A stretch of DNA of 64,000 nt, from positions 37,744-101,743 of the IMG/VR virus record IMGVR_UViG_3300045902_000666, one strand, 5' to 3'. Source of the DNA: a virus. Every line of letters begins with the position of its first letter. Position 1 is the first letter of the stretch. A program made the position numbers and the translations under genes. Below the pieces are notes generated by a model that was given only the letters and a program-made list of their open reading frames with translations, did no database searches and was not told the origin of the DNA. Shown here one piece after another: positions 46,296 through 57,691 of the stretch.

Positions 46296-46562
46296 TTATA
46301 GTTCTAACCATTTTTGATTTAATATTTTATATATCTCCTTACTCCTGTTTTCGTCCCACTCTTCTTCTTTTTCTTCAACAAAAGTAACTTCTTTTTCTGT
46401 AACCCAGAAATATTTTTTTGTGTCTTCATCTATAATAGCTTCAACAAACATCATATCTTCCTCATTTTTAAGCAATAAAATAATTTGATTTGCTGGTATA
46501 GAGGAAAGGTCCAACATTTGTTTTTTATCATTTAACTTATAGTATCTAACACTTTTTTTCAT
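46296..46562 (-). CDS. Hypothetical protein
   Basis: 88-aa ORF. Confidence 0.5.
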   Translation of the reverse strand: MKKSVRYYKLNDKKQMLDLSSIPANQIILLLKNEEDMMFVEAIIDEDTKKYFWVTEKEVTFVEEKEEEWDENRSKEIYKILNQKWLEL

Positions 46563-46564
46563 TT

Positions 46565-47437
46565 TTAAGAAATTTTACAATTCAAAAATTCTCTTAACCT
46601 TGAACTTTGATTAAACATTCTCAATTTTTTAAGAGCCAGCTCTTTTACTTGCCTAACTCTTTCATTTGTTAAATCTAGTTCTTCACCTATTTCTTTTAAA
46701 CTCATTTCATGATAACCATTTAAACCAAAAAACATATTAAGGATTTTAACTTCTCTTTCTGTTAAAGATTCAAATACATTATTGATTTCTGTTTTCAAAG
46801 AATATGAATTTATTTTTTCATCTATATCATCTAAAGTATCTCCCGGAATAATATCACTTAACTCAGTATCTGAATCATCTGAAACTTTAGAATCTATTGA
46901 TAAACAGAAATTACTTCCAGCTAAAATTTCAGATATTTCTTTTTCTTTAAAATCTAAAACTTGACTAAGTTCATCTGCAGTAGGCTCTCTATCTAATTGT
47001 TGGAATAATTTTTCTTGAGCCTTGGATATTTTTGTATTCGCATTTATTTTGTTTACAGGCAATCTTACAGTGCTTCCTGTTTCATATAAAGCTTGTAAAA
47101 TTGATTGTCTCACCCACCAAACAGCATAAGAAATAAATTTAAACCCTCTGGTTTCATCATATTTATCTATTGCTTTTATCAAACCTATATTACCTTCTTG
47201 TATCAATTCTTCAACAGGTAATCCTAAATTTTGATATTCTTTTGCAACAGATAAAACAAATTTTAAATTACATTCTATAAGCTTTGCCTTAGCTTTTTCA
47301 TCTCCTTTTTTAGCTGATACTGCTAATTTTGTTTGGTCTTCACCAGAAAGAACTTCTATCTTTCTAATGTCTTTGAAATAGTTTTTTACTGAAATACTAT
47401 TTCCACTAATTAAATAATCTCCATTGTTGTTTGCCAT
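46565..47437 (-). CDS. RNA polymerase sigma70-family factor (RpoD/RpoS-like, no region 1.1)
   Basis: NLKFVLSVAK.Y, LIQEGNIGL, GFKFISYAVWWVRQ, LTNERVRQ. Confidence 0.93.
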   Translation of the reverse strand: MANNNGDYLISGNSISVKNYFKDIRKIEVLSGEDQTKLAVSAKKGDEKAKAKLIECNLKFVLSVAKEYQNLGLPVEELIQEGNIGLIKAIDKYDETRGFKFISYAVWWVRQSILQALYETGSTVRLPVNKINANTKISKAQEKLFQQLDREPTADELSQVLDFKEKEISEILAGSNFCLSIDSKVSDDSDTELSDIIPGDTLDDIDEKINSYSLKTEINNVFESLTEREVKILNMFFGLNGYHEMSLKEIGEELDLTNERVRQVKELALKKLRMFNQSSRLREFLNCKIS

Positions 47438-47468
47438 AACTCTTTTTTCTTGCCATAATCTTCTGAAA

Positions 47469-47747
47469 TTATGCGTTCCAGTCTAATTGTTGTATAAATT
47501 TTTTAAATGCCAGAAACTGTTCTTCTGTACTAATATTAATTTGTGTTCTCGTTGGTTTACTCTCTTCGTTTTGATTTTCTGGTATACTAAATCCGTGAAC
47601 TATAACTGAAACATATCTTGTTTCTGTTCCTTTTTCACGAAAGGTAACTAAATCAAATTCTAAGAAACCATTGTTCTCATCTCCAATTCTAACATAAGTT
47701 TGATTTTCTTGTTGTTGAACTGGGTTGTTTTGTTCATTGTTATTCAT
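47469..47747 (-). CDS. Hypothetical protein
   Basis: 92-aa ORF. Confidence 0.5.
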   Translation of the reverse strand: MNNNEQNNPVQQQENQTYVRIGDENNGFLEFDLVTFREKGTETRYVSVIVHGFSIPENQNEESKPTRTQINISTEEQFLAFKKFIQQLDWNA

Positions 47748-47814
47748 AATAAAAAAATTTTACATTAAACGCCAAATACAAATATAACTTATTTTGGATA
47801 ATTCACCAAATAAG

Positions 47815-48570
47815 TTACAAACTTCTTGCGTCTTTTATGTTTTTTATATGATGTGCAATAAATAGGACGTTTGGATAGGTGTCCTGAACAATTTTTTTTG
47901 CGGAATTTAGCCAATCCTCTCTATCTTCATAGAAATTAACAATATCCCAATCGTTTTGGGCTATTGTGTCTAAGATTGTCTGGTTTTTAAAGTTTTGAAT
48001 CCCCGTACTACCACCCGGATAAGTAAAGAGTCCATAGTTCGGATAATCAAGTCCAAGACTTTCAAGTCTTTCCTTGATTTTTTCTGATAATTCCGAACCT
48101 CTACCTGTTAGAATCATTTTGTTTTTTGCCATACTGTATTGTTTTACGATTTGTTGATTTACACTTTTACCAATTGTGTCTGCATCTGAATGAAATCCTG
48201 GAATAGATTCAAGTGCTAATAACCCTTTTTGGCTTCCGAACATTCTTAACATATCTTTTTGAACTCCTCTTTTTAAACCAAGAGCTGTTAATGATTCAGG
48301 GCTTAAGTCCTGAATGTAAGAGATGTAATCGTCTGAGAGTGGATTATTTGTTTTTACATCAAATAAGAGGATGTAATCTCCTTGTTTTTTAAAATAAACT
48401 TCTTTAGAAAAGATGATATAAAAATAATTTTTTAACTTCTGTAGAACTTCCCCATATTTTCCATTTAAGTCTACAACACCATCTTTTTCTGTTTTTACAA
48501 AATCTGATATTGTTGGGGTGTGAAGTAAGGTATCATCAAGGTCGAATATATGTATTTCTTTCTGTTCCAC
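47815..48570 (-). CDS. HAD phosphatase, Swiss-Army-Knife RNA-repair-like
   Basis: IFDLDDTLLHTP, LTGR, FYEDR. Confidence 0.65.
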   Translation of the reverse strand: MEQKEIHIFDLDDTLLHTPTISDFVKTEKDGVVDLNGKYGEVLQKLKNYFYIIFSKEVYFKKQGDYILLFDVKTNNPLSDDYISYIQDLSPESLTALGLKRGVQKDMLRMFGSQKGLLALESIPGFHSDADTIGKSVNQQIVKQYSMAKNKMILTGRGSELSEKIKERLESLGLDYPNYGLFTYPGGSTGIQNFKNQTILDTIAQNDWDIVNFYEDREDWLNSAKKIVQDTYPNVLFIAHHIKNIKDARSL

Positions 48571-48675
48571 TATTTCTAACTGTATTCATTTAAATCTATT
48601 TATAAATACTATATTTTTTTAAAAAATTACAAAATCACAAAAAAAATTTTAACTTTTAAAGTGCTGATTATCAAG

Positions 48676-49032
48676 TTAATATAAGTCCTTGTATTTCAAT
48701 ATCTTTTGCATTTTTATAGCGTCTAAAACAAGACCACTACCGCTTTTAAGAACGATATTGTACTCTTTTGAAATAGCCGTTTCTATTTCCTCAAAAGACA
48801 TTCTTGTACCATCAATCAAGAACCCTCTTTCAGAAAAAAGAACCTCAAATGGATTAGAACTCTTATCAAAAATCACTTTTGTGACTTTTTTAGGCTGCTT
48901 AGGAGCATTTTCTGCCGGGGTTACTGGTGTAGTAACCTCTGGAGCATTTGTGGCTCCCACGTTCTCCTTTAACCTTGTTTTAAGGTTACTTAATACATCA
49001 ACTATGTGCTTATTTTGCTCTTTTGAATACAT
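48676..49032 (-). CDS. Hypothetical protein
   Basis: 118-aa ORF. Confidence 0.55.
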   Translation of the reverse strand: MYSKEQNKHIVDVLSNLKTRLKENVGATNAPEVTTPVTPAENAPKQPKKVTKVIFDKSSNPFEVLFSERGFLIDGTRMSFEEIETAISKEYNIVLKSGSGLVLDAIKMQKILKYKDLY

Positions 49033-49122
49033 AACATAAATGCTTTAATATAAATAGTAGGAATTTTAAAAAAATAACCCATTACACGTAAGCATAATGG
49101 GTTATAAATCTATAAAACCTTT

Positions 49123-49320
49123 TTAAGCTTGGCTATATCTGGCCTTCATCAACCTTTCAAAAAACTCTTCTTGTTTCTTTGCAAGTTTTTTTCTTTCCTC
49201 AATAAGTTTCATTTTTCTTAAATGCTTTTCTTTTTGAGTTTTTTTAAGCCTAAGAGCTCTTTTCTCTCCTCTTTTTGCTGCAGCCTTTCTTTCTGCTGTT
49301 GTAAGTTTATTCTTTTTCAT
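49123..49320 (-). CDS. Small very basic protein
   Basis: 65-aa K/R-rich ORF followed by a hairpin. Confidence 0.5.
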   Translation of the reverse strand: MKKNKLTTAERKAAAKRGEKRALRLKKTQKEKHLRKMKLIEERKKLAKKQEEFFERLMKARYSQA

Positions 49321-49421
49321 AACTTGTTTATTTTAATAAATCTAATAAAATGATTTTTAAAAACAAATAAAAAAGGGTCCTAAATTTAGAAACCCTTTTT
49401 AACCACAACTTAAATAGTTTT

Positions 49422-51881
49422 TTAGCTAGAACAACCAAAGCACTCAAATTGGCTGTCGGCTGGCTTCTGAGGCAAAACTTCTGGTTCAACTGGTTTTTCA
49501 ATAACATTTGAAATCACAGTATTTTTAACCACAGTCTCTACAGGTGCTGTATGAGCATTAACGTTAGAAATATCTATAGCCAAGTGTTTTGCTCCAGTAG
49601 AAATAGCTTTGGTTCTAACATAATAACACAAAGTCTTTAACCCTCTTTTCCAAGCATGGAAATGACTTGAAGTTATTTTAGAAGGAGTTGCATTAGCCAT
49701 ATAAATATTCATTGATTGTGACTGGTCAATAAACGGTGCTCTTTCTGCAGCCATATCAATTAATTCTTTTTGAGAAACTTCCCAAATTGTTTTATACTTT
49801 TTAATTAAATGCTCAACTCTCTTTACTTTCTTTTCATAACCTTTTTCTTCCGGGTCAAGATATTTATTGAAATTGATGTTTTGAATAGAACCTTCATTTA
49901 CAATAATTTCGTTTTTGAAAGCTTCAGACCAGATTCCTATTTTCTCAAAATCCTCAATCATGTATTTATTTACAATCATAATTTCTCCACCAACTACTCT
50001 TCTGTTGAATAAAGCTGAATGTGCTGGCTCATACATTTCAAAAGAGCCAGTAATTTTAGCTGAAGAAGCAACAGGCATTTGTGCTGTAAACAAACTATTG
50101 CAAACACCATCTTGTATTACATTTTCTTTTAAAGTTTTCCAATCCCAAAGACCAGATAAATCTTCTTCTTTTAGGCCCCACATATCAAATTGAAATATAC
50201 CTTTTGACATAGGACTGCCTTTGAAAAATTTATATGGTTTATATTCTCCTGTTTTACATAAATTATGACTTTCTGTAATAGCAGCGAAATAAATTGTTTC
50301 AAATATTTTTTTGTTTAAATCTCTCGCTTCAGCTGAAGTAAATTCATAGTCCATTAAATAGAAAACGTCTGCAAGACCTTGTATACCTATTGCAATAGCT
50401 CTTTGCTCAAGACCTCCCTTTTCACCTTTCTTAGTAGAATAGCTATTAATATCAACAACTTTATTTAAGGCTCTTACAATCTTTCTAACTTCTTTATATA
50501 AAAGTTTAAAATCAAATTCACCATCAATAATATAATTCTTCAATACGGCTGATGACAAAGTACATATTGCAGTTGTCTTCTCATCGGTATATTGATAAAT
50601 TTCATTACACAAGTTGGATTGTTTTATAACACCGATATTTTGATGATTAGTTTTTCTATTTGCACTATCTTTTGAACAAAGATATGGAACTCCAGTTTCA
50701 ACTTGAGATTCTATAATCTTAACCCAAACATCCATTGCTTTTATTTTTTTACCAATACCTAAAGCAACAGCTTTATTATATTCTGCTTCATATTCTTCTC
50801 CATATAATTCTTGAAGAGGAGTTAAACCAGCTTTTATAATATCATTTGGGCAGAATAAATACCAGTCTTCATCTTTTTCTACGGCTCTCATGAAATTATC
50901 TGGAATCCACAAGGCAGTAAATAAATCTCTTGCTCTTAATTCTTCAGCACCAGTATTCTTTTTAATTTCTAATAAATCAAAAATATCTTTATGCCAAGGT
51001 TCAATGTAAATAGCTGCACTTCCCGGCCTTCTTCCTTGTTGATTAAAAAATCTTAAAGACTCATTAACTATTTTTAAATATTTCAACAAACCACCTGCAT
51101 AGCCACCAGAAGTTTTTATTCTACTTTCTTTACTTCTTATATTGCTCATACAAAGACCAATACCAGCTGCATCAGCAGAATAAACAGAAATATCTCTCAT
51201 TGTATCTAATAATCCCTCTCTAGAATCTGAATTATTATAATGCAAAACACAAGATGCTAATTGAGGAATTTTAGTTCCAGAATTAATCATAATAGGAGTT
51301 GCAGGAGATATTAGTTGTTTTGATAAAGATTCATAATATTCTTTAGCTTCTTTGAAACTTTTTGTAACCCACAATGCGACTCTTAAATACATGTGCTGTG
51401 GTCTCTCTATTGTTTTACCATTAGAGTTTTTCAACAAATACATTTCATATAAAGACTTCCAAGCAAAATAATCAAAATTATAATCACGTTCATGATTTAT
51501 AATTCCATCAACTTTTTCTGGGCCATATTTCTCAATCATCTCAATCATCTCTTGATTGATAATACCATCACTTGCAAGAGTTTTCATTGTCTCATAAAAA
51601 CTTTCACTTGTTTCCTTGTGATATGATGATATAGAAACACTAGCAGCCAATTTACTATAGTCATAATGGCTTCCAGTATAAGATGCAGAAATTTCTGAAA
51701 CTAATTTATCTAACTCTTTTGTTGTAATTACACCTTCAGTTGGTACTGATGTTATTACTTTTATAAAAATTTCATCTGAATTTACATTTAAACCTTTTGC
51801 AGCTTTCTTTATTCTATTTAAAATCTTTGAAGGATTGAACGCTGCATTGTCTCCGCTTCTTTTTTTAATTGATAATCCCAT
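49422..51881 (-). CDS. nrdA: Ribonucleotide reductase class Ia alpha subunit with ATP cone
   Basis: ATP cone, PQLASC, SNLCNEI, GLKTLCYY, C-terminal CFGC. Confidence 0.97.
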   Translation of the reverse strand: MGLSIKKRSGDNAAFNPSKILNRIKKAAKGLNVNSDEIFIKVITSVPTEGVITTKELDKLVSEISASYTGSHYDYSKLAASVSISSYHKETSESFYETMKTLASDGIINQEMIEMIEKYGPEKVDGIINHERDYNFDYFAWKSLYEMYLLKNSNGKTIERPQHMYLRVALWVTKSFKEAKEYYESLSKQLISPATPIMINSGTKIPQLASCVLHYNNSDSREGLLDTMRDISVYSADAAGIGLCMSNIRSKESRIKTSGGYAGGLLKYLKIVNESLRFFNQQGRRPGSAAIYIEPWHKDIFDLLEIKKNTGAEELRARDLFTALWIPDNFMRAVEKDEDWYLFCPNDIIKAGLTPLQELYGEEYEAEYNKAVALGIGKKIKAMDVWVKIIESQVETGVPYLCSKDSANRKTNHQNIGVIKQSNLCNEIYQYTDEKTTAICTLSSAVLKNYIIDGEFDFKLLYKEVRKIVRALNKVVDINSYSTKKGEKGGLEQRAIAIGIQGLADVFYLMDYEFTSAEARDLNKKIFETIYFAAITESHNLCKTGEYKPYKFFKGSPMSKGIFQFDMWGLKEEDLSGLWDWKTLKENVIQDGVCNSLFTAQMPVASSAKITGSFEMYEPAHSALFNRRVVGGEIMIVNKYMIEDFEKIGIWSEAFKNEIIVNEGSIQNINFNKYLDPEEKGYEKKVKRVEHLIKKYKTIWEVSQKELIDMAAERAPFIDQSQSMNIYMANATPSKITSSHFHAWKRGLKTLCYYVRTKAISTGAKHLAIDISNVNAHTAPVETVVKNTVISNVIEKPVEPEVLPQKPADSQFECFGCSS

Positions 51882-51886
51882 AATAA

Positions 51887-52855
51887 TTAAAAATCTTCAT
51901 TAAAGTTTATTGTTTCATTTAATTTTACTTTTTGATATTCAACTGTTCTTGATTCAAAGAAATTTCCCTTTGTCTCAACAGCAATTTGTTCCATAAATTT
52001 AAATGGTTGCTCTACGTTGAATACTTTTTTACAATTCATTTTAACTAACAATTGGTCAGTTATAAATTCTAAATACTGCTTCATCAATTCTTTATTCATT
52101 CCTATTAATGAAACAGATAAAGATTCAGTTATAAATTCTTTCTCAATTTCTAGAGCTGATAACAAAATCTCTTTTATTCTTTTTTCACTAGGTCTATCAA
52201 CTACATGGTTGTTTAATAAGTGAATTGCAAAATCACAATGTAAATTTTCATCTTTAAAGATTAAAGAATTTGCATTACACAAACCTTGCATTAACCCTCT
52301 TGATTTTAACCAAAAAATAGAACAGAAAGAACCAGAAAAGAAAATTCCTTCTACAGCAGCAAAAGCAATTAACCTTTCGGCAAATGATTCACTCTTAATC
52401 CACTTTAAAGCCCAATCTGCTTTCTTTTTCACTGCTGGTAAATGCTCAATAGCTCTAAAGCATTCTAATTTCTCTTTTGGATTTTTTATATAAGTGTCAA
52501 TCAAAAGAGAATACATTAAGCTATGAATGTTTTCCATAGCTAATTGGAAGCCGTAAAAAAACTTAGCTTCTGGATACTGAACTTCTCTGTAAAAATTTTC
52601 TGCAAGATTCTCATTAACAATACCATCTGAAGCTGCAAAGAAAGAGAGTACATTCTTAATAAAGAACTGCTCATTTTCTGTTAGCTTTTCCCAGTCACGT
52701 ATGTCATTTGTCAAATCTATTTCTTCTGCAGTCCAGAATGCTGCCTGATGTGTTTTGTAAAACTCCCAAATATCATTATGTTCTATTGGAAATATAACAA
52801 AGCGATTTGGGTTTTCTTGTAAAATTGGTTCTTTAATTTTTTGTTCTTCGGACAT
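51887..52855 (-). CDS. nrdB: Ribonucleotide reductase class Ia beta subunit
   Basis: [32 protein letters not shown]. Confidence 0.97.
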   Translation of the reverse strand: MSEEQKIKEPILQENPNRFVIFPIEHNDIWEFYKTHQAAFWTAEEIDLTNDIRDWEKLTENEQFFIKNVLSFFAASDGIVNENLAENFYREVQYPEAKFFYGFQLAMENIHSLMYSLLIDTYIKNPKEKLECFRAIEHLPAVKKKADWALKWIKSESFAERLIAFAAVEGIFFSGSFCSIFWLKSRGLMQGLCNANSLIFKDENLHCDFAIHLLNNHVVDRPSEKRIKEILLSALEIEKEFITESLSVSLIGMNKELMKQYLEFITDQLLVKMNCKKVFNVEQPFKFMEQIAVETKGNFFESRTVEYQKVKLNETINFNEDF

Positions 52856-52960
52856 ATATTTTATTTTTTTATTTTTTTCAAACTTTAAAACTTTGCAAAG
52901 GTAAAGATAAATAAAACCAAATTTTTGAAAAACTTTTAAATTGAAAAAAAGTTTTCTACC

Positions 52961-54412
52961 TTAAGATTTTACCAAAATACTATTGATGTTATTTGAATCA
53001 TCATCAGTTGAAATTTTGGAATTTTTGTTGGTTGAAAATTTGGTGTTTGAAGGCTTACCTCCTGGAACATACATAGTTGGGGCATCTGGAAGAATTTCTA
53101 TGAAAATTTTTGATGTATCAAAAATTGCATCTCTATAAAATCCATCGGCACCATTTCTATTTTTCAATATTCCTATTTTAGCTCTTGGGTCGTTTATAGT
53201 TCTTTCTTCTTCTCCTCTACCAACACCAATAACAACATCAGCAGTAGCAGCCTTACCAAGTGCCTCACCTATAACATCTAAGCCAAATTCAGCTTTATTT
53301 AAACCACCTCTATTTGTTTGAGAAGCTGTCCAAATAGGAATACCTAATTCAACGGCCATTCCTCTGATTCCTTCATAGATACTTGTCAAAGAGTGTCTTT
53401 TCTCAGAGAAGTTTGCTAAAGGCTTCATAATATCAGCATAATCAATAAATATTATATCTGGTACAAAACCTTCATTTATTTGTAAAGTTCTTAAGTGAGC
53501 AAGTATTGTATTAACTGATGCTTGACCTGTTGCAAACTCTTTTATCTTCAATGAACCACCCAAATCTCTTATTTCTTGTGCTTTCTCTTTTATGACATCT
53601 GGGAATTCCCAAATATCTCTCATAGGAAGTTGATTTAAACAAGCATCAAATCTTTGTCCTACAACCTTTTCTGATAATTCTAAAGTATAGTAAACAACTT
53701 TTTTTCCAGCTAATAATGCAGAAGATGCAAATTTAACCAACATCATTGATTTACCACCACCTGGAGGGGCCAAAACAATTCCCAACTCACCACCAGCAAG
53801 TCCACCACCAATAAATCCATCTAAAACAGGCATCGCTGTTATAGGGGACCTAAAATCTCTTTCTAAACGCTTTTCAACATCATAAAAATAATCATGACCT
53901 GTATCTTTAGGCTCACCTGCTTTTAATGCATTTTCAAGCTTTGTTTTCATTGAGTCATAATTGTGTTTTTTCCAATCCACAACCAATTCAAATAAACAAT
54001 TCTTTACACTTCTTTCTTTAAAAAATATATAGGCTTTATCTTTTGCAGGTTTTATATTTTCAATTTCAAGAGCTTCTATTTTATCAATAAGACCTAATAA
54101 ATTTTCCTTATTAATTCCTTTTTCCTTCATCCCAACATAATCTCTTAATGCCGGGAATCTTGCTACCTCTCTATATTTATTGAAGAAATCTATTTCGTAA
54201 CTTAAAAGTAATTTTTGATATGAATCAAAATAATCAACCTGAACTATATCTACTATTCTCTCAGCAAAACCCTCTTTATCTGTAATAAAAATTTTTAGAA
54301 ATCTATTTTGATAATCTGTATCAAAAGGCTCTATTGAATCTTCTGAAAAAAATGCAGAAAAATCATTTGGTATTTTTATTATATTATTTTGTGTGGCTCC
54401 AGTGCTAGACAT
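52961..54412 (-). CDS. Replicative DnaB-like (T4 gp41-type) helicase
   Basis: APPGGGKS, TLEL, IDYAD, WTASQ.NR, KNR.G. Confidence 0.88.
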   Translation of the reverse strand: MSSTGATQNNIIKIPNDFSAFFSEDSIEPFDTDYQNRFLKIFITDKEGFAERIVDIVQVDYFDSYQKLLLSYEIDFFNKYREVARFPALRDYVGMKEKGINKENLLGLIDKIEALEIENIKPAKDKAYIFFKERSVKNCLFELVVDWKKHNYDSMKTKLENALKAGEPKDTGHDYFYDVEKRLERDFRSPITAMPVLDGFIGGGLAGGELGIVLAPPGGGKSMMLVKFASSALLAGKKVVYYTLELSEKVVGQRFDACLNQLPMRDIWEFPDVIKEKAQEIRDLGGSLKIKEFATGQASVNTILAHLRTLQINEGFVPDIIFIDYADIMKPLANFSEKRHSLTSIYEGIRGMAVELGIPIWTASQTNRGGLNKAEFGLDVIGEALGKAATADVVIGVGRGEEERTINDPRAKIGILKNRNGADGFYRDAIFDTSKIFIEILPDAPTMYVPGGKPSNTKFSTNKNSKISTDDDSNNINSILVKS

Positions 54413-54424
54413 TTTTACTCCTCC

Positions 54425-55459
54425 TTAAATCTTCATTTTTTTTGCGTACTCTTTTTCTTTTGTCATAAGCATATAAAATGGAGAAAAGAAATTATCTAAA
54501 TAAGCATTACCAACAATCCCAGACATCCCCTCCTTTGTAAATAAATTTATTGCATCCATTATACTTCTCTCTTCACTTAACGTTCCATTCCTTATAATGT
54601 TAACCATTTTTTTAGCCTCCTCTGTGACAAAAGGTTTTTTCAAATTCATCAACCTAGCATTTCTATAAAGTATATGCTCGGCTTCTATTATCTTATCGTA
54701 AATCTTTCTGTTTTTTTTCTTCTTGTCTTTTTTCTCTTCGTAACACTCTTCAACTAATCTTTTGTAAAGATACTTTTCTTTTTTGATATTTGGAAAATAT
54801 TTTATCAAAGTATCTCTTTTAATTCCTGAAACTCCTCCAATATCATCTCCATCATCACCTTCAAAACATTTAAACAATAATTCATTATCTAAAGTGTGAC
54901 CGTATTTTTCCTCATATTGTTTTCTATTAATTGTGAAATTGCTATCTGAAGAAATTATAAACACTTTATCAGATATAAGCTGTAAATAATCTTTATCTCT
55001 ACTAAAGATATAGACTTCTTCATTTTCATCACTTTCACTTAAAATAACATATTGAGCTATTAAATCATCGGCCTCTATGAAATCAACTTCTATTTGTCTA
55101 ACAAAAAGTTCTTCAAGCATGTTTTGAAGTTGAATTTTTTGTCTCAACATTTCAGCTTGTTCATTATCTTGGGGATTAGAAAGGCCATCATTAGCGATGG
55201 TCCTTTCTTCACTTTCCCAGTTCTTATATTTTCTTTTAGATTTATATTGAGGATAAATTTGGTATCTGTATTTACCAGCTTTAAAGCCATCCCAACAAAC
55301 TATTACACGGTCAGGTAATAGTTTGTTCATAACAACTCTTAAACTGTCTATGAAACCAAAGCTACCTCCACATAAGTGACCAGTCGAACTTAACAGGTCT
55401 TTTCTTTTGAAGAAGTTTCTTTTTAAATTCCAATTTCCATCAACTAAAAGTACACGCAT
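54425..55459 (-). CDS. 5'-3' exonuclease/flap endonuclease (T4 RNase H-like)
   Basis: LVDG, YPQYK..R, EADDLIA, S.DKDYLQL, GDDGDDIGGV.G. Confidence 0.88.
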   Translation of the reverse strand: MRVLLVDGNWNLKRNFFKRKDLLSSTGHLCGGSFGFIDSLRVVMNKLLPDRVIVCWDGFKAGKYRYQIYPQYKSKRKYKNWESEERTIANDGLSNPQDNEQAEMLRQKIQLQNMLEELFVRQIEVDFIEADDLIAQYVILSESDENEEVYIFSRDKDYLQLISDKVFIISSDSNFTINRKQYEEKYGHTLDNELLFKCFEGDDGDDIGGVSGIKRDTLIKYFPNIKKEKYLYKRLVEECYEEKKDKKKKNRKIYDKIIEAEHILYRNARLMNLKKPFVTEEAKKMVNIIRNGTLSEERSIMDAINLFTKEGMSGIVGNAYLDNFFSPFYMLMTKEKEYAKKMKI

Positions 55460-55461
55460 TT

Positions 55462-56057
55462 TTAAAAACAATTATTTACCTCATTTAACCAGCCATTACT
55501 TGCCACAATTGAATATACTGAATTATTTTTTTTCATAAATTCTGATTTAGTTGTATATTTTTTTGCTTCTATTTTAACTTTATCAAATGTCCATTTTAAA
55601 TTACCACCACCAATTGCTCCTGTTTTTGCAATATTCAATATAACATATCCATTGTTTCTATATTTTTCAACAGTTTCATGTTCCACTAAAACTGCTTCTT
55701 CCACAGAAATATATTCTACATGTGTTAATTTAGGTGTTAGTCCCGTTTTTAATATGTGCTGGAATACTTTACTTCTTCGGTCACGTTTATGCTTGCTATC
55801 TCTTTTTTCAATATCATAAGTTAAGCCCACATAAACACTATTATCTATAAATTCATATACATATACAGTTCTTTTAAATAAATTCCCTTTTGTTTTCATA
55901 TGAACACATACACTTTCAAGCCAACCATTTCTCTGTGAGCTTATATATGCTCCGGGGGATTTTTTTTAAACTGTGACCTACATTTGTATTTCAAAGCTTC
56001 AATGTTACAACGTTCTTTTGACCAATAATTTCTACTTTTCCTATTGATTGTTTTCAT
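55462..56057 (-). pseudogene. GIY-YIG homing endonuclease with a frameshift at an A8 run
   Basis: VYVY...VYVGLT..R..H; the N-terminal repeat (ATG 56057) joins by a -1 shift at 55960-55967. Confidence 0.65.
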
Positions 56058-56118
56058 GAATATTGATTTATAAATAGCCACAAAAAACAATCAATTAGAA
56101 ATGTCTTCATAATACTTC

Positions 56119-57186
56119 TTAATCAAGAGAAACGTTATCCCAATATTTATCATACTCCAAGTTCCACTCAGGAGCAACTTCTTTTCTGTAATTATCAATT
56201 ACATCTTTGTCGTCCAAAATGAATCCAGTATCAGTACATACCAATGTTCCTTTTGTTGAAACATCTGTAATGTGATTTTTTTGAACTTCTACAGCTGACT
56301 TAATAGCGAATTTAACCGAAGTCTCAACGCCATTAACTTTCTTTTTAACATCAACTTTAGAACTTCTAGTCATAACACCACCCATTCTAAACACTAATGT
56401 ACAAGCTAAATACATACCTTCGCCACCATAAGGCTCGATAGTTGTATTTCTCTTACCCATTTGAATATTAGGAGGTGAAAGATAACCTTGGTTGACCACA
56501 AATAATGTAGCTGTATAAGGGAAGTTTTCCAAGCGTGTTCCATTGATTCTGTAAGCCAAATATCTCTGGAATTGTTCTTTAATAACCCTAGCTGCAAGCA
56601 TCATAGCTCCACCACTTTCTTCATCTTCTCTGTTGATTAATTCAGCTTCAGTCGGAGTTGCTCCAATAGAATCCCAAATGAATACAACATCATGTTTTAA
56701 ATTACCTTTTTCTTGGTCATCTAAAATTTGCTTTACTAAACGACCACCTTCTTCAATTGTTCTAACACCTTTAAACAATAAAGCATTATCCCAATCAATA
56801 CCCATCTTAGTTGCTCTTTCTTCACTGAATTTATTTTCAGTGATAATAAACACAGGAAGAATTCCTTGCTTTTGTGCATACGCACCAAGCTCCATAGCCA
56901 TTGTAGATTTACCTGTATCTGATTTACCAAACACCATACTAATGTGTCCTACAGGTATTCCGGGAAGATTGCAAACGCTTTTAAAAGCATCGCTCATATT
57001 AATCCACTCTTGTGGTTTGTACTTAACTTCTTGAAAGTTAATTTTCTTTTTGTAATCAGCAAGTTTTGAAAATTTCTTGTTAATTACAGGTTTGTTGTCA
57101 TCTTTCTTTGTTTCTTCTGACTGCTCATTGCTTGTTGAATCCATAGATACTTCATCTTGGATTTCTTCTTTTTTCTTTTTTGCCAT
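56119..57186 (-). CDS. RecA/UvsX-like recombinase
   Basis: GKSDTGKST, IWDSIG, VVNQ, PYGG.G, KNH. Confidence 0.85.
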   Translation of the reverse strand: MAKKKKEEIQDEVSMDSTSNEQSEETKKDDNKPVINKKFSKLADYKKKINFQEVKYKPQEWINMSDAFKSVCNLPGIPVGHISMVFGKSDTGKSTMAMELGAYAQKQGILPVFIITENKFSEERATKMGIDWDNALLFKGVRTIEEGGRLVKQILDDQEKGNLKHDVVFIWDSIGATPTEAELINREDEESGGAMMLAARVIKEQFQRYLAYRINGTRLENFPYTATLFVVNQGYLSPPNIQMGKRNTTIEPYGGEGMYLACTLVFRMGGVMTRSSKVDVKKKVNGVETSVKFAIKSAVEVQKNHITDVSTKGTLVCTDTGFILDDKDVIDNYRKEVAPEWNLEYDKYWDNVSLD

Positions 57187-57313
57187 AACTTATTTTTTTA
57201 TTAGAATTTACTCAATAGAATTACACCCACAAAAATATACATTTTTGCGTAACAACCAAAAAAAAGTTTAGAAATTTTATTTGATTGAAAAATTGTTGAC
57301 AAAAAACCCTACT

Positions 57314-57691
57314 TTATTTCGTAGGGTCTTGGTCTTCTTCCATAGGGGTATCCTTAGTTTTCCAATCTAAAACTTTGAATGTTTTATTGGTCTTAGGGTC
57401 TTTTACCTCTTTGGTTCTTAAATAAAAGATATTAGGATTTTCCGTTTGAGTGCCGAAATTTACATAGCCTTTGCAGCTATTGCACTTAACTAGGGTGTAT
57501 TTGAACTTATTTTTAGCTACATGTGCTGATAAATCTAAATCATCACTTCCACATAACCCACACTTGTGTACATCTCCAAAAGAGAAGTTTTTTGTCTGCA
57601 TCACCACTTCGTGTAAATTTTCACCTTCTACTGTAAATTGATGCACATTTTTTCCAATTGTTTTCTTAACAAACTTTGTAATCTTTGCCAT
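57314..57691 (-). CDS. Zn-ribbon hypothetical protein
   Basis: CGLC and CNSC. Confidence 0.55.
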   Translation of the reverse strand: MAKITKFVKKTIGKNVHQFTVEGENLHEVVMQTKNFSFGDVHKCGLCGSDDLDLSAHVAKNKFKYTLVKCNSCKGYVNFGTQTENPNIFYLRTKEVKDPKTNKTFKVLDWKTKDTPMEEDQDPTK

